A stretch of 53,033 bases of DNA from Desulfogranum japonicum DSM 18378 (GCF_000429945.1 NZ_KE386996.1:79815-132847), one strand, 5' to 3'. Counted from the first letter of the stretch, positions 9,692-20,095 are shown. The notes: a model not told the origin generated them from the letters alone. Program-made: numbers and translations.

Positions 9692-10372
9692 ATGAGAATT
9701 CTTGTAGTAGATGATGAGCCCGAGCTGGTAGAGCAGGTTCGACAGGCTCTGGTGAAACAGCAGTACACCGTTGATACAGCCCTGGATGGCGAAGAGGCTA
9801 TGGACAGGGTATATGTTGACCCGTACGATTTGATCCTGCTTGATATCATGCTTCCTAAAAAGGACGGATTCGATGTTTTGCGGGAACTCCGTGAGGAGAA
9901 AAAGAAGACACCTGTGCTTATGTTAACAGCCATGGGAGATGTGGGGGACCGTATAAAAGGACTGGACCTGGGAGCGGACGATTATCTTGCTAAACCGTTT
10001 GCAATGGAAGAATTATTAGCCAGGGTGCGAGCCTTACTGCGCCGGAGCAACGAATTGGTTTCACCCCGGATTGAAGTGGAGACTGTCAGTCTGAATACTG
10101 CTACCAGAGAGGTGCATCAGTGCGGTGAACCGGTGGAATTAACGCCCAAGGAGTTTTCAATTCTTGAGTTCCTGTTTTACAATCTCAACCGTGCCATATC
10201 CCGTTATACCCTGGCAGAACATGTCTGGGGAGATGAATTTGATCCGGTTACCATGTCAAACAGCATAGATGTGCATATTAAAAACCTGAGAAAAAAACTT
10301 GGTCCCCATGGGGCTCAGATTATTCATACCGTACGTGGTGTCGGGTATATGGTTCGAGACGAGAGAGCATGA
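9692..10372 (+). CDS. OmpR-family winged-helix response regulator
   Basis: The start MRILVVDDEPELV follows a GGAGAG Shine-Dalgarno sequence; the 58-aa ORF-track extension is rejected. It has a receiver domain and a C-terminal trans_reg_C domain (HTVRGVGYMVRDE). It shares an ATGA overlap with the kinase. Confidence 0.9.
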   Translation: MRILVVDDEPELVEQVRQALVKQQYTVDTALDGEEAMDRVYVDPYDLILLDIMLPKKDGFDVLRELREEKKKTPVLMLTAMGDVGDRIKGLDLGADDYLAKPFAMEELLARVRALLRRSNELVSPRIEVETVSLNTATREVHQCGEPVELTPKEFSILEFLFYNLNRAISRYTLAEHVWGDEFDPVTMSNSIDVHIKNLRKKLGPHGAQIIHTVRGVGYMVRDERA

Positions 10373-11838
10373 AAATCAGACATTGGATAACTCTTTGGAT
10401 CAGCGGAGCAGGTTTGCTGGCTGGTCTTATCTTTTCCCTTGTCATTTTTTACGAGCTGGTGGAGCAACCATATGACATTTTAGATGAGGAACTGGATAGT
10501 CAGGTATACACACTTCTGGCAGCCCTGCATCCGGTGAAAAACGACCATGTCTCTCTCCAGACCCGAGCCGTGCTGGATGCCTTGGGCAGGTTGTACTGGC
10601 TGAAGATTTATAGCGAGCAGGGACACCTTCTCCATGCTTCATCCATGACCCGGCTTGTAGACCTTTCTCTCAGGGAAAAGAGTACAAGGTACAATATTGA
10701 TGCAACTGTTCCTGTGGATATTGCGAATTTTGATCAGGGCGATACCGGTAAAGTCAGTTTTCGGGTCCATGTCGTATCCGTAGTTTTTGGTGGAACACAA
10801 TATTTCGTACAGATTGCCAGGCCAATGGAGAAGCTTCAGGACGAAATCAGCGAGCTGATTATATCTATAATCATTGGCTTACTCCTGTTTATGCTTGTTC
10901 TGGTATCATTTGGTTATTTTGTGGCTGGAAAAATATTGGAGCCAATTCGTACTATCAATGGCTTAGCCAGAGAAATCAATGAACGTACACTGGAAAAAAG
11001 AATTCCTCAGGGTAAGAACCGGGATGAATTACACGAGCTTGCCATGACGCTCAATCAGATGTTTGACCGGCTTCACTTCTCGTTCAGGCAGCAGAAGGAA
11101 TTTATCGCCAACGCTTCCCATGAATTGAAAACCCCACTTGCCATACAGCGGCTCTTTTTTGACGAGGCAGCAAAGCGCGAGGATTTGCCAGAGGATTTGC
11201 AGCGGCAGATTTTATCACAGGCGCGGGTAACAAGGCGGATGGATCAACTGGTAAAAAATCTGCTTCACCTTTCTGCCCTTGAATTGAGGAAGACCTTTGA
11301 TCCAAAATTGGTACATGTATCTAAACTTGTCGCATCGGTCCTGGAAGATTTTGAATACATAATCGAATATTCAGATATTCAGCTTATCAGAGATATTCAG
11401 GAAGGTGTTAGGTCTCTTGGCGATGAAGATATGATCAGGAGGGTATTAATAAACCTGATCGATAATGCCATTAAATATAACTCGGGAGATGCCAGGGAGA
11501 TACGCGTTCGCCTTGAAAAAACCGCTGATACTGTCAAACTGCAGGTATACAATACCGGCAATGGCATTCCCCTTGAAGAACGCGAAAATGTTTTTCATCA
11601 GTTCTACAGGCTTGAGAAAAGCCGATCAGCAACATATGGTGGCTCGGGACTGGGGCTGACGATTGTGAAAAGGATAATTGATCTTCATGGTGGGGATATT
11701 CAGGTAGAGAGCGAAGTCGGTAGTTGGGTGCTCTTTACCATTTTGCTTCCTCTGGATGAGAACTCTCCCTGCTTTGTTGGCGGGAACGCTGTGGCGTCGT
11801 TTGGCACGTCCAAGCGGAGTGAAACGGAGCGTTGTTGA
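10369..11838 (+). CDS. Sensor histidine kinase (2 TM, periplasmic loop, HAMP, HisKA, HATPase)
   Basis: The H-box is ANASHELKTPLA. The HATPase region has N, G1 and G2 boxes (LIDNAIKYN, GLGLTIVKRI). Confidence 0.85.
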   Translation: MKIRHWITLWISGAGLLAGLIFSLVIFYELVEQPYDILDEELDSQVYTLLAALHPVKNDHVSLQTRAVLDALGRLYWLKIYSEQGHLLHASSMTRLVDLSLREKSTRYNIDATVPVDIANFDQGDTGKVSFRVHVVSVVFGGTQYFVQIARPMEKLQDEISELIISIIIGLLLFMLVLVSFGYFVAGKILEPIRTINGLAREINERTLEKRIPQGKNRDELHELAMTLNQMFDRLHFSFRQQKEFIANASHELKTPLAIQRLFFDEAAKREDLPEDLQRQILSQARVTRRMDQLVKNLLHLSALELRKTFDPKLVHVSKLVASVLEDFEYIIEYSDIQLIRDIQEGVRSLGDEDMIRRVLINLIDNAIKYNSGDAREIRVRLEKTADTVKLQVYNTGNGIPLEERENVFHQFYRLEKSRSATYGGSGLGLTIVKRIIDLHGGDIQVESEVGSWVLFTILLPLDENSPCFVGGNAVASFGTSKRSETERC

Positions 11839-11846
11839 ACGACGGG

Positions 11847-12257
11847 TTATGTGTTTGTGTCTTGTTTTTTGAATGTTTGACGTGGGTCAAGGTTCATACT
11901 TACAATGATGCTTGCTAAGCATTTAAAAATACCTGAAATGGCTTTCCCGATAATATTGAAAAGTATTATCAAGATGAGCAACAAAAAGATAAACTTGAAG
12001 GTCTCAGTATTTTCAACGACAAGTCTATTGTTATTTAGAGTAACTTGAAAAGGAATATGATCAGATTCCAAATTAAGAGTTGTTTTTATTAATGATATAT
12101 TTTCCGTATTATGAATAAGTTGATCAATTATGTCTATGGACCATAAAACAACGTAGGTTCCAAGTGCGAAAATGCATATGGCAATTAAGATTTTGAAGTA
12201 TAAAGCTGGAGATTTCAAATTTTCTGTATTGTCATTTTGGTGTCTATCTTGATACAT
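11847..12257 (-). CDS. Small hypothetical membrane protein in an AT-rich islet
   Basis: The ORF is 136 aa with two hydrophobic helices. The stretch from about 11880 to 12340 is markedly more AT-rich than its surroundings. No motif was recognised. Confidence 0.35.
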   Translation of the reverse strand: MYQDRHQNDNTENLKSPALYFKILIAICIFALGTYVVLWSIDIIDQLIHNTENISLIKTTLNLESDHIPFQVTLNNNRLVVENTETFKFIFLLLILIILFNIIGKAISGIFKCLASIIVSMNLDPRQTFKKQDTNT

Positions 12258-12393
12258 AGCTACAATTTATTTAATTTTTGAAAGATAACATGTTGCTTTT
12301 ATAGAGGAGAAATTCCTGAAATAAGAATTTTTCCTTTCATCGTTGGGGAAGACGCAGTGGGGTCGTGTGCGTCACGCATACATTTCGAATTTC

Positions 12394-12807
12394 TTATCTC
12401 TTTTGATTGGCAAGAAATTTCCTGGCTGCCAGTTCGATTTTTTCAACCAGTTCCTGTGTGTCAATGGGTTTGAGACAGTAATCAAAGGCCCCGCTCTGCA
12501 TACCCTGAACTCCGGATTGTATGGAGGCATGGCCGGTAAGCATGATAACTTCACTCTTGGGCCAGTGTTTTTTGATTTTTTGCAGGCACTGGATGCCGTC
12601 GATACCCGGCATGCTCACATCCATGACAATGACCCCCCTGGGATCTGCCTCCATGGCCTTGATTGCTGTGCTGCAACCATCGGCAGTCGTAATCTGCAAC
12701 CCCTTGCGGCTAAGGTGTTTATGCATGGTTTCCAGGAATTCCAACTCGTCATCCACCATCAGGAGGCTGACCTTTTGTGCTGCATCAAGGGAATCTGTGT
12801 CCGTCAT
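12394..12807 (-). CDS. Stand-alone CheY-like receiver protein
   Basis: Contains LLMVDDELEFL, VIVMDVSMPGIDG and a conserved Lys region. It overlaps the 3' end of the PEP-synthase-like gene by 23 bp. Confidence 0.85.
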   Translation of the reverse strand: MTDTDSLDAAQKVSLLMVDDELEFLETMHKHLSRKGLQITTADGCSTAIKAMEADPRGVIVMDVSMPGIDGIQCLQKIKKHWPKSEVIMLTGHASIQSGVQGMQSGAFDYCLKPIDTQELVEKIELAARKFLANQKR

Positions 12808-15331
12808 GACTAAGCATCTCCTTAATATCTCTTGAAAATGTGTCTCTATAGCGTTGCTGTTGGCCGCTGTCTGCCATTACCATATCGATCTGACGGGTGT
12901 GAATGGAAAGGTATCCCAATACCTGAAGACGGGAGTAGAGAAATTCCAGGGAACGTTTCTCCACCCTTGCCGTCAGGGCATCACCGATTTGGTCGACCCT
13001 GAATTCAAACTCATTAAGCAGGTCTGTTAACAACGCAACCCGGGCAACGCGACGTTCTTCGTCGGCAGCTCCACCTTTAAAACGAAAGGTAACATACCGT
13101 TCCGTGCGGAGGCTACTGATATATGCTTCGATCATAGCATAATGATACCCGAGTCTGACACTTAAATTACAGTAATTACGCGAGACAAGGAAATAATTTT
13201 TTTGGATCATGGCCGAACGTACAGCCGGATCCAGTCCCGGATTGCGAGTGGATTGGAAGAGTATGGAACCCATTCCCCGAAAACTGACCTGTGGGGGGCC
13301 TTTCCAGGGAAAGGCATGCATACCGTTCCATATGGCCAGCATGGGGCTGGAGGCAATATCGCTTATATTGATGTATTTTTCCGATGCATTGAACCCTTCA
13401 CTGAACCCGTCAGCAAGATTGATGACCCACCATTCCATCGGCATGTTGTCAACCAACCGTTTGGCAGCCCCCTTCACGTATCGGTAGCGTTCTCCAAAGC
13501 GAAACATTTCAGTGACAGATTTTTCATGGCAGAAACGGGTGATGTCGTGCAAGGTTGTACAGTATGACGACCTGAAAAAAGGTGAACCCGGATCGGTGAG
13601 GGTTAGCGGAGTGATATGGTGCAACACCTGCTTCATGGTTTGCTCCACCGGGCTTCCCTGCATGGGACTGGATTGGGATGTGGCTGGAGTGACGCATAAT
13701 TCTTTGATGCATCCATCGTAGATAACGCGATGTGACGCGTCCACCGTGATGATCTGGTCGTTGTTCAGCACCTTGAGCGCATCTTTTACTGCAAGGAGCG
13801 TTGGCAGGCCAAATTCCCTGGCAATGGTAGCTAGGTGTCCGGCTGCACTGCCAGTAGTTGCGACAAGGGCAGAAGCACGTTTAAGCAGTGGTGCCCACTC
13901 GGGTAGAGGGTGCTCGACAACAAGAATTGCTTTCCGCGGAAAAGAAAGAAGATCAACGGTATTGCGAACCACCCGCACGGGTCCGCTGCCACCTCCAGGA
14001 CAAGCTGTTACTCCGTCCTGGAGTAAAGGCTGAGCATCTGTATGGATTTGTTGAGCGGGTTCATCTTGTTCCAGAAAGAGGGTGGAGATAGGCCTGCTTT
14101 GCAGAATAAAGAGTTTGCCTGAGCTGTCAATGGACCATTCCACATCCTGGGGAGCACCAAAATGACGCTCCAGGTCCATGACTGTTGTCGCTATCAGAGT
14201 GCGTTGTGCATTGGTTAATGGACAGGCTTTTCTCTCGTTGTTTCGGTCACTATCCCGCTGGGTGAAGGGAGGTGTTCGGGAGACCTGGACAAGGAAAGTC
14301 TCTTTTGTCCCCTCGACTATTCCCCTGGCACTGCCAGGGGAACAGTATATGTCCAGATAGTGTGAATCACCGCCAGGCGAGCTGGAATAGCTGACACCGC
14401 TCATGGTTGCCTTGATCATGACCAGGCAACCAACCCCCATGAGCATATGTTCGTGTCGATATCCTTTGGCCAGTCGATAGGTCATGGCACGGGTGGAGTA
14501 GGTGGATGCAAGCACCGTTTTATATGCCTGTACCAGCTGTTCTCTGTCCACGTTGAGTTCTGTCTGGTACAGTCCTGCAAAGGAGGCATGGCCAAGATCC
14601 TCACCAAGAGCACTGGACCGGACAGCAATCTCAAGGGGGGCCCCGTATTTTGCTTCCAGCTGGTCAAAGTGTTTATACATCTCTTTTTCAAGTTCATCTG
14701 GCAGCGTGCATCGCTGGATAAGCTGTTGCACATCATGGCTGCGGCGGTGCATATCTTCCAGATTGTGAGAATCGGTTTGCTGAAAGATGCGGTTAATCTC
14801 TGTAAGGAGTCTGTTTTGCTGCAAGACCGCTTGAGCTGCGGCACTGCTAATCACGAAGCCTTCGGGTATGGAGACATTGTTCACATGCCCGGCTTCGCCC
14901 AGATTAGCCATTTTTTCACCACTCAAGGCAACAGAGGCGCGATTGACAGCATCAAGAGGCAGAACCCATGCACCGTCGACAGGTTCAGGCCCCTGGTCCA
15001 GCAGGGCGTCAATCTCACGCTGAATGGTTTCGTATGCAGGAACAAGGGCACTGTACTTACCGTCAGCCACATATCGCAGATTCTCTATCATTTTAAAGAC
15101 ATTGACAGCTACCACGGTTGATTTTGCCCTGATAAAGGCCATGGAAAAGTTTCGACCTTGCAGCAGGGCCTGTTCCATCTCTGCCATGGCTTCCAGGGCA
15201 TTGTTGTTTGCTGTGAGAAGTTCTCTAAAATGACTGTAGTTGTCAAGAAAACGCTGTTGCAGTTCCTCGAGGGAATGAGAAGGTGCTGAGGGGAAGAACA
15301 GTTGTTGCAGCTTGGAGAGGAAAGTGCCCAT
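12785..15331 (-). CDS. PEP-synthase/pyruvate-phosphate-dikinase-like phosphotransferase: PPDK_N ATP-grasp, then a PEP-utilising mobile His domain, then a roughly 300-aa C-terminal domain that is not the canonical TIM barrel
   Basis: The N-terminal roughly 330 aa resemble the pyruvate,water dikinase nucleotide-binding domain. The swivel-domain signature is LVATTGSAAGHLATIAREFGLPTL, which holds the catalytic His. The C-terminal domain lacks the NDLTQ/CGE motifs of true PEP synthase. Confidence 0.75.
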   Translation of the reverse strand: MGTFLSKLQQLFFPSAPSHSLEELQQRFLDNYSHFRELLTANNNALEAMAEMEQALLQGRNFSMAFIRAKSTVVAVNVFKMIENLRYVADGKYSALVPAYETIQREIDALLDQGPEPVDGAWVLPLDAVNRASVALSGEKMANLGEAGHVNNVSIPEGFVISSAAAQAVLQQNRLLTEINRIFQQTDSHNLEDMHRRSHDVQQLIQRCTLPDELEKEMYKHFDQLEAKYGAPLEIAVRSSALGEDLGHASFAGLYQTELNVDREQLVQAYKTVLASTYSTRAMTYRLAKGYRHEHMLMGVGCLVMIKATMSGVSYSSSPGGDSHYLDIYCSPGSARGIVEGTKETFLVQVSRTPPFTQRDSDRNNERKACPLTNAQRTLIATTVMDLERHFGAPQDVEWSIDSSGKLFILQSRPISTLFLEQDEPAQQIHTDAQPLLQDGVTACPGGGSGPVRVVRNTVDLLSFPRKAILVVEHPLPEWAPLLKRASALVATTGSAAGHLATIAREFGLPTLLAVKDALKVLNNDQIITVDASHRVIYDGCIKELCVTPATSQSSPMQGSPVEQTMKQVLHHITPLTLTDPGSPFFRSSYCTTLHDITRFCHEKSVTEMFRFGERYRYVKGAAKRLVDNMPMEWWVINLADGFSEGFNASEKYINISDIASSPMLAIWNGMHAFPWKGPPQVSFRGMGSILFQSTRNPGLDPAVRSAMIQKNYFLVSRNYCNLSVRLGYHYAMIEAYISSLRTERYVTFRFKGGAADEERRVARVALLTDLLNEFEFRVDQIGDALTARVEKRSLEFLYSRLQVLGYLSIHTRQIDMVMADSGQQQRYRDTFSRDIKEMLSHDGHRFP

Positions 15332-15397
15332 AAATGTGTTGAAGTATAACCCCGCACCTGCCGGGAGAGGAGGCAGGCGCAGGGTGACCGTGGGAGG

Positions 15398-16099
15398 TCA
15401 GTGTTCGAGTTTAATGCCCATCCCTTCAAAGATAAAGAGCAATCCAAAACCATACCAGACCGTATAGGCCACATAAAAGACCAGGGCAAAGGCAAGAAGA
15501 ACCATTTCTTCGCGCACTGGTTTTACTTCAACTTTGTAATAATTATATGATGGTTCCACTGCTTTGGTCATGCTGTTTTTAACAAATTTGGCCTGGCCGA
15601 AAGCCTGGGCCTTGTTCAGCTGTACGGCCATGGCGTCAAGCACCTGGTACCAGCCATAGAGAGCTTCCAGTTCATTTACTCCATACATCTCTGAAATGGC
15701 CTGACCATTGTTCTGGTACATGATATCCGCGTCATTGAGAATTGTGGTCATGATCTGGGAAAAATCTCCAGTAACCTTGACATATACGCCATCCATGCTG
15801 GTTGTAATCTGATGCTTTTTGAGCAGTGTGTCTGCCAGTGCCGCCTGCTGGGATGATTTCATTACCAGGGTATACTCAAAGGGAGTACCTGCATACTCCT
15901 TGGCAGCCTCAATCTGTTTATCGATATAATAGGCTGAACCCTTTGAGAGTTGGTTAAAGAAATTGTCCAAGTAGACCAACCCATTTACTTTTTTCCCTGT
16001 GGGGCCGGGAAATAAAGGCATAAAGATCGCTGCCAGTATTATAAAAAAGGAGATCAGCATCAGGGTGCCGCGGGTTTTTAATTGTGTTGCATTTCCCAT
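15398..16099 (-). CDS. Hypothetical 2-TM membrane protein with a roughly 180-aa extracytoplasmic domain
   Basis: There is an N-terminal TM (LMLISFFIILAAIF) and a C-terminal TM (VLLAFALVFYVAYTVWYGF). No motif was recognised. The start overlaps the TauE stop. Confidence 0.5.
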   Translation of the reverse strand: MGNATQLKTRGTLMLISFFIILAAIFMPLFPGPTGKKVNGLVYLDNFFNQLSKGSAYYIDKQIEAAKEYAGTPFEYTLVMKSSQQAALADTLLKKHQITTSMDGVYVKVTGDFSQIMTTILNDADIMYQNNGQAISEMYGVNELEALYGWYQVLDAMAVQLNKAQAFGQAKFVKNSMTKAVEPSYNYYKVEVKPVREEMVLLAFALVFYVAYTVWYGFGLLFIFEGMGIKLEH

Positions 16100-17394
16100 G
16101 ATTCTTGTACCTCCTCAGCACGTAATACATTCAGGTTAGTGAAAAAGCTCCAGAATACCCAGACCGCAAAGATGATAATGATACAGAAAAATCCGTAAGT
16201 GCCAATGGTATTGAGTACTTTGAGCACTTGGGGTGAAACATCCAGGTACCCCATTTTCACCAGTTTGGATGGGAGTGCGCAGGCACGGTTAAAAAAGCCG
16301 GCACTGACGGTAATAGCATAGAATGCACAGATGGTGGTTCCTGACACTACCTTGGTGACAATGGACCCGACCTGGATACCGATCAGTGAGCCCAACAGCA
16401 TTCCCATGGCCAGGGTATAGAAAATGAAGCCGTAAATTGCATACTGGGTAATGGAACCGTAACCGGCAGTGAAAACGATCTGAAAAATATCTGTTCCAAC
16501 TGTGGTCATGGAAGAAACGCCCAGGCCGTAGACAAAGATGGGGAAGGTGAGAAAACCACCACCAACACCCATGATGGCAGCTGCCAGGCCGACGATGAAT
16601 CCGGCAATAATCAGAAAGAAAGCTGAAATCTTTCGGCCGCCAGGGGTGACGCCTTTGTCAAAGGTCAGCATTGGGGGCAAATTGATAGATTGTACCATCT
16701 TGCCAATTGGAGGCACTTCCTCGCCCTGTGTTGCTGGGCCTTCACCTTGTGAATTTGATTTTGCTGTCTTTCTGCGGGTGGTTTTGTACCAGTCAGCCAG
16801 GGCATAGAAGGCAAGGAAGCCAAGCATGAGCACATAGATGATGGTGATGAACATGTCGCTGAGCACAGGGTTTTTGTCATACAGTGCCCGGTTGATATAT
16901 CCGCCGACGGTTGAGCCGCTGATGGCTCCTATGAGAAAGGTAACTGCAAGCGCGACAGAGATATTTCCCATTTTACGATGCAGCACAGATCCCATGATAG
17001 CCTTGGCAAAGATGTGAAACAGGTCAGTTCCGACCGCCAGAATACCCTTGACGCCAACGCTCATCAGGGCAGGCGCAATAATAAATCCACCGCCAGCACC
17101 AATACAACCGGTAATCAAGCCGGCACATAGCCCTACAAGAATGGAAGCGCCAAAAATCAGGTTGGTATAGTGGGAAGGACCATAGGCTGATTTCCCACCC
17201 AGAAATGATGGTAACGCTCCCCCCACGCTGTCGGCAAATGCTATGCCGCCGAGAAGAATGGGGATAAGTAGGAGACCAATGATGGCCAGCCGTTTTCGAC
17301 TGCGCAGAATATTGTTGGACATCTCCAATTCCCAGTGGGCCTGCGCACGGGCGCCCACCATCATGAATTGGTGTAGATTACGGAAAAAATTCAT
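16078..17394 (-). CDS. TauE/SafE-family (sulfite/organosulfonate exporter-like) permease
   Basis: Two TauE-type repeats are present (GAGGGFIIAPALM and GVGGGFLTFPIFVY) separated by a hydrophilic loop. The likely start is MNFFRNL at 17394, preceded by AAGGAGG; the ORF-track start at 17433 is not used. Confidence 0.8.
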   Translation of the reverse strand: MNFFRNLHQFMMVGARAQAHWELEMSNNILRSRKRLAIIGLLLIPILLGGIAFADSVGGALPSFLGGKSAYGPSHYTNLIFGASILVGLCAGLITGCIGAGGGFIIAPALMSVGVKGILAVGTDLFHIFAKAIMGSVLHRKMGNISVALAVTFLIGAISGSTVGGYINRALYDKNPVLSDMFITIIYVLMLGFLAFYALADWYKTTRRKTAKSNSQGEGPATQGEEVPPIGKMVQSINLPPMLTFDKGVTPGGRKISAFFLIIAGFIVGLAAAIMGVGGGFLTFPIFVYGLGVSSMTTVGTDIFQIVFTAGYGSITQYAIYGFIFYTLAMGMLLGSLIGIQVGSIVTKVVSGTTICAFYAITVSAGFFNRACALPSKLVKMGYLDVSPQVLKVLNTIGTYGFFCIIIIFAVWVFWSFFTNLNVLRAEEVQESWEMQHN

Positions 17395-17458
17395 AACTTC
17401 CTCCTTAGGGTTTGCGTTTCTATCCAGTTTCACGCGTCGTACAGCAATGCCTGGCTGA

Positions 17459-17887
17459 TTATCCAGGCATGACCATATGCCGCTTGATTTGCGCCATTTC
17501 TATTTTTTCCTCCTGGACACGCTTTCTTTCATGGGCTGCGTCCAGTTTTTCCATGAGTCGCTCCATGTCCATAGGCTTCATCAGGTAGTCAAACGCACCG
17601 TATTTCATGCCATCGATACCCGATTCTACAGATGCATGACCGGTCAGCATGACAACCTCGGTCAATGGCGCGATTTTTTTCATTTCCTTGAGAATTTCTA
17701 TGCCATCTCGACCAGGCATTTTTACGTCCAGTAGGACCACGTCATATTTACCGGGTTTGAACATCTGCAGGGCAACTTCACCGTCTTCCGCTGCATCGCA
17801 TTGAAGATTTCGTTTTTGCAGTTTTTTGACCATGATGTCGCGAAAATCCTGTTCATCATCCACGACCAGTACGTTGTATCTTGTCAT
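17459..17887 (-). CDS. Single-domain response regulator (receiver plus short coiled-coil tail)
   Basis: The true start MTRYNVLVVDDEQDF shares an ATGA overlap with the kinase stop. The 63-aa Arg-rich ORF-track extension is rejected. Confidence 0.85.
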   Translation of the reverse strand: MTRYNVLVVDDEQDFRDIMVKKLQKRNLQCDAAEDGEVALQMFKPGKYDVVLLDVKMPGRDGIEILKEMKKIAPLTEVVMLTGHASVESGIDGMKYGAFDYLMKPMDMERLMEKLDAAHERKRVQEEKIEMAQIKRHMVMPG

Positions 17888-19558
17888 TGGGGCCTCCTTT
17901 CCTGATTGGGAAGTGTTGTCTGTCGAATGGGAATGGTCACCGTGAACACAGCTCCTCCCTCTGTTTTGTTGTCTGCGGTAATCGCTCCTCCCATGGTTCG
18001 AATAATATTCTGGCTTATGGACAGACCGAGACCTGTCCCTTTGCCTTGTTCTTTGGTTGTGAAAAACGGATCCCATATCTGCTGCATAACTTTGTGGTCA
18101 ATGCCAGGGCCGTTGTCTTCTACTTTGATGGAAATATCGTCTTCCTGGACAGAGGTGGAAATTGTTACTGTCCCGTCCTGTCCCACTGCGTCCAGGGCGT
18201 TGTCGAAGAGATTGAGCAGGACCTGTTGAAGCCGATGGGCCTCGGTCATGGTGACTGGCAGATTGTTGTCCAGGTTAAGAGTAATGGTGATGTTATTGTG
18301 CTGGGCCTCTTTTTCCAGAAACGAGAGGGTTTCCAGTACCACATCGTTGCATTGTACCTGTTCCTGTTCTGCGCTGATCTTGCGGGCGAATCCCAGCAAT
18401 CTGTGGGTTATGACCGCTGCCCGTTCCACATGGTGTTTGATTTTGGCTATGGTGGAGAGGTATTCCTGATGATTTTTCAGGCTGGCCGGATCTTCTTCGG
18501 GGAGCAGTTCTTCCAACCAGCCGACCTGGGCAAGTATCATCTGCAGGGGATTGTTGATTTCATGGGCAACACCTGCTGCCAGACGACCTATGTTTGCCAT
18601 TTTTTCAATATGTGCCATCTGTTGATCCATGGCTGTTGATTCTCTGTCTGCCCTGGCAATGTGTGAAACAATGAAGTGGCTCAGGAAAAATGCTGTGATA
18701 AGAAACACCGAGGCAGTTATGACGATGATGACAATGGTTCTATGAAGGTGCTCCTGGTAACTGTCCAGCATGTCGGGAATATGTACTTTGAGCATCAGCA
18801 GCCAGTTCTGGGTATTGAGCCAGGTGGTGGCATAGAGTTGATCCTGAATGCGGGTTATTTGTGTTCCTGTATGATGGCGGAGAAGTTGGTGTTCCTGTGC
18901 GTTGAGCGATTCCAGATGTTGCAGGCTGGGTGTCTGCAATTCGCCGGATGTATTGACGATAAACGCATCGCCATGTGCGCCGATCTGGGCGCTGTGCAGT
19001 AATGAGTTGAATACGCTGGAATTAATGGTGGTGCGCAGTACATAACTTTTCAGTGGATCGGTAAGGGCGACTACGAAATGGGGGAGATTTCGGTAACCAC
19101 TGAAAATATCACTCACGTATACACCGCGCACCAGCACCTCATTGAACCATTCCTGGTCATGGTAATTCTTCCCGATCACCTGCTCACGATAAGGGCCCAC
19201 ATAAGCCAGTTGTTCACCTGTGGCTGCGATGGTCTGCAGGTCAACAATGCTTCCAGACTGACTGATGGCCAGGAAAAGCTCATTAAGGGTTTCTACGGTA
19301 TTGAAATGTTCCGCATCGTAAAGACTGATGAGAGTGCTCAACAGGTCGACCTGGTGTTTGAGAAAATTATTGATCACGTCATGCCTGTGGGTAATCACCT
19401 GGCTGGCTGTGACCTCAATATCCTGTATAGCCACCTGCCTTGAGTTGTAGATTGAGGTTGAGGCAATGATCAAAATGGGCAATATGCCGCAGAGAAAGAA
19501 AATCGCTGTGAGAAGTTTGCGTAATTTCTTATAGTAGCTTGATTTGTGGTCACCCATG
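17884..19558 (-). CDS. Sensor histidine kinase with a periplasmic Cache-like sensor domain
   Basis: The order is TM, a roughly 250-aa periplasmic domain, TM, then the H-box VAHEINNPLQ and a HATPase (DNGPGI, GTGLGLSI). The likely start is MGDHK, preceded by GGGAGG. Confidence 0.85.
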
Positions 19559-20095
19559 ACATCCTCCCAGACGATTGAGGACTGATTCAAAATCAGATGT
19601 CTCTGTCGGTGAAAAACTGTACAAGGGGATGGAGGTGGTCAGTACCTGCCGGATACTATCGGCCGTGTTTTTTACCTGTTCATCGCGGCCAAAAACAAGG
19701 ATGGTATCTGGTGAAAAGGTGATGATTTTCAGTTCTGTATTGCTGTCATAGGCTATGCATTCGATGATGCAGGACGTTTTTTCCCTGAATCGATACAGAG
19801 CCCAGATAATTTTAGCGGTCACAGCTTTTGGCATGAGCAACTGTTGGAAGATGACCAGGATTTTTTTCAGGTGCCCTTGCAGGAGGCAATCGGGGACTGG
19901 AATATGATGTCTTACCAGATGATGAATCAGATCCTGGGAACTTATCAAGCGCTGTCCCTGTCTGGCAATCACCGGTATGAGTCCGGAATCGAGCCAGCGG
20001 GAAAATCGATCCACAGAAACGCAGCACACAGAGGCTGCCTGATCCGGGGTAAGATATTCGCTGTCATCGAAGTTGCGCATTGTGCTGTGCTCCAA
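19550..20095 (-). CDS. HTH (excisionase/MerR-like) DNA-binding protein with an uncharacterised C-terminal domain
   Basis: The N-terminal LTPDQAASVCCVSVDRFSRWLDSGLIP resembles an HTH_17/excisionase fold. It is the first gene of the co-directional cluster and overlaps the kinase start. Confidence 0.5.
   Translation of the reverse strand: MEHSTMRNFDDSEYLTPDQAASVCCVSVDRFSRWLDSGLIPVIARQGQRLISSQDLIHHLVRHHIPVPDCLLQGHLKKILVIFQQLLMPKAVTAKIIWALYRFREKTSCIIECIAYDSNTELKIITFSPDTILVFGRDEQVKNTADSIRQVLTTSIPLYSFSPTETSDFESVLNRLGGCHG

Noticed and set aside
17888-18076. 63-aa Arg/His-rich N-terminal extension of the receiver ORF
   Set aside because: The downstream Met (MTRYNVLVVDD) shares an ATGA junction with the kinase stop and begins a canonical receiver domain. 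The extension lies inside the kinase coding region in another frame.
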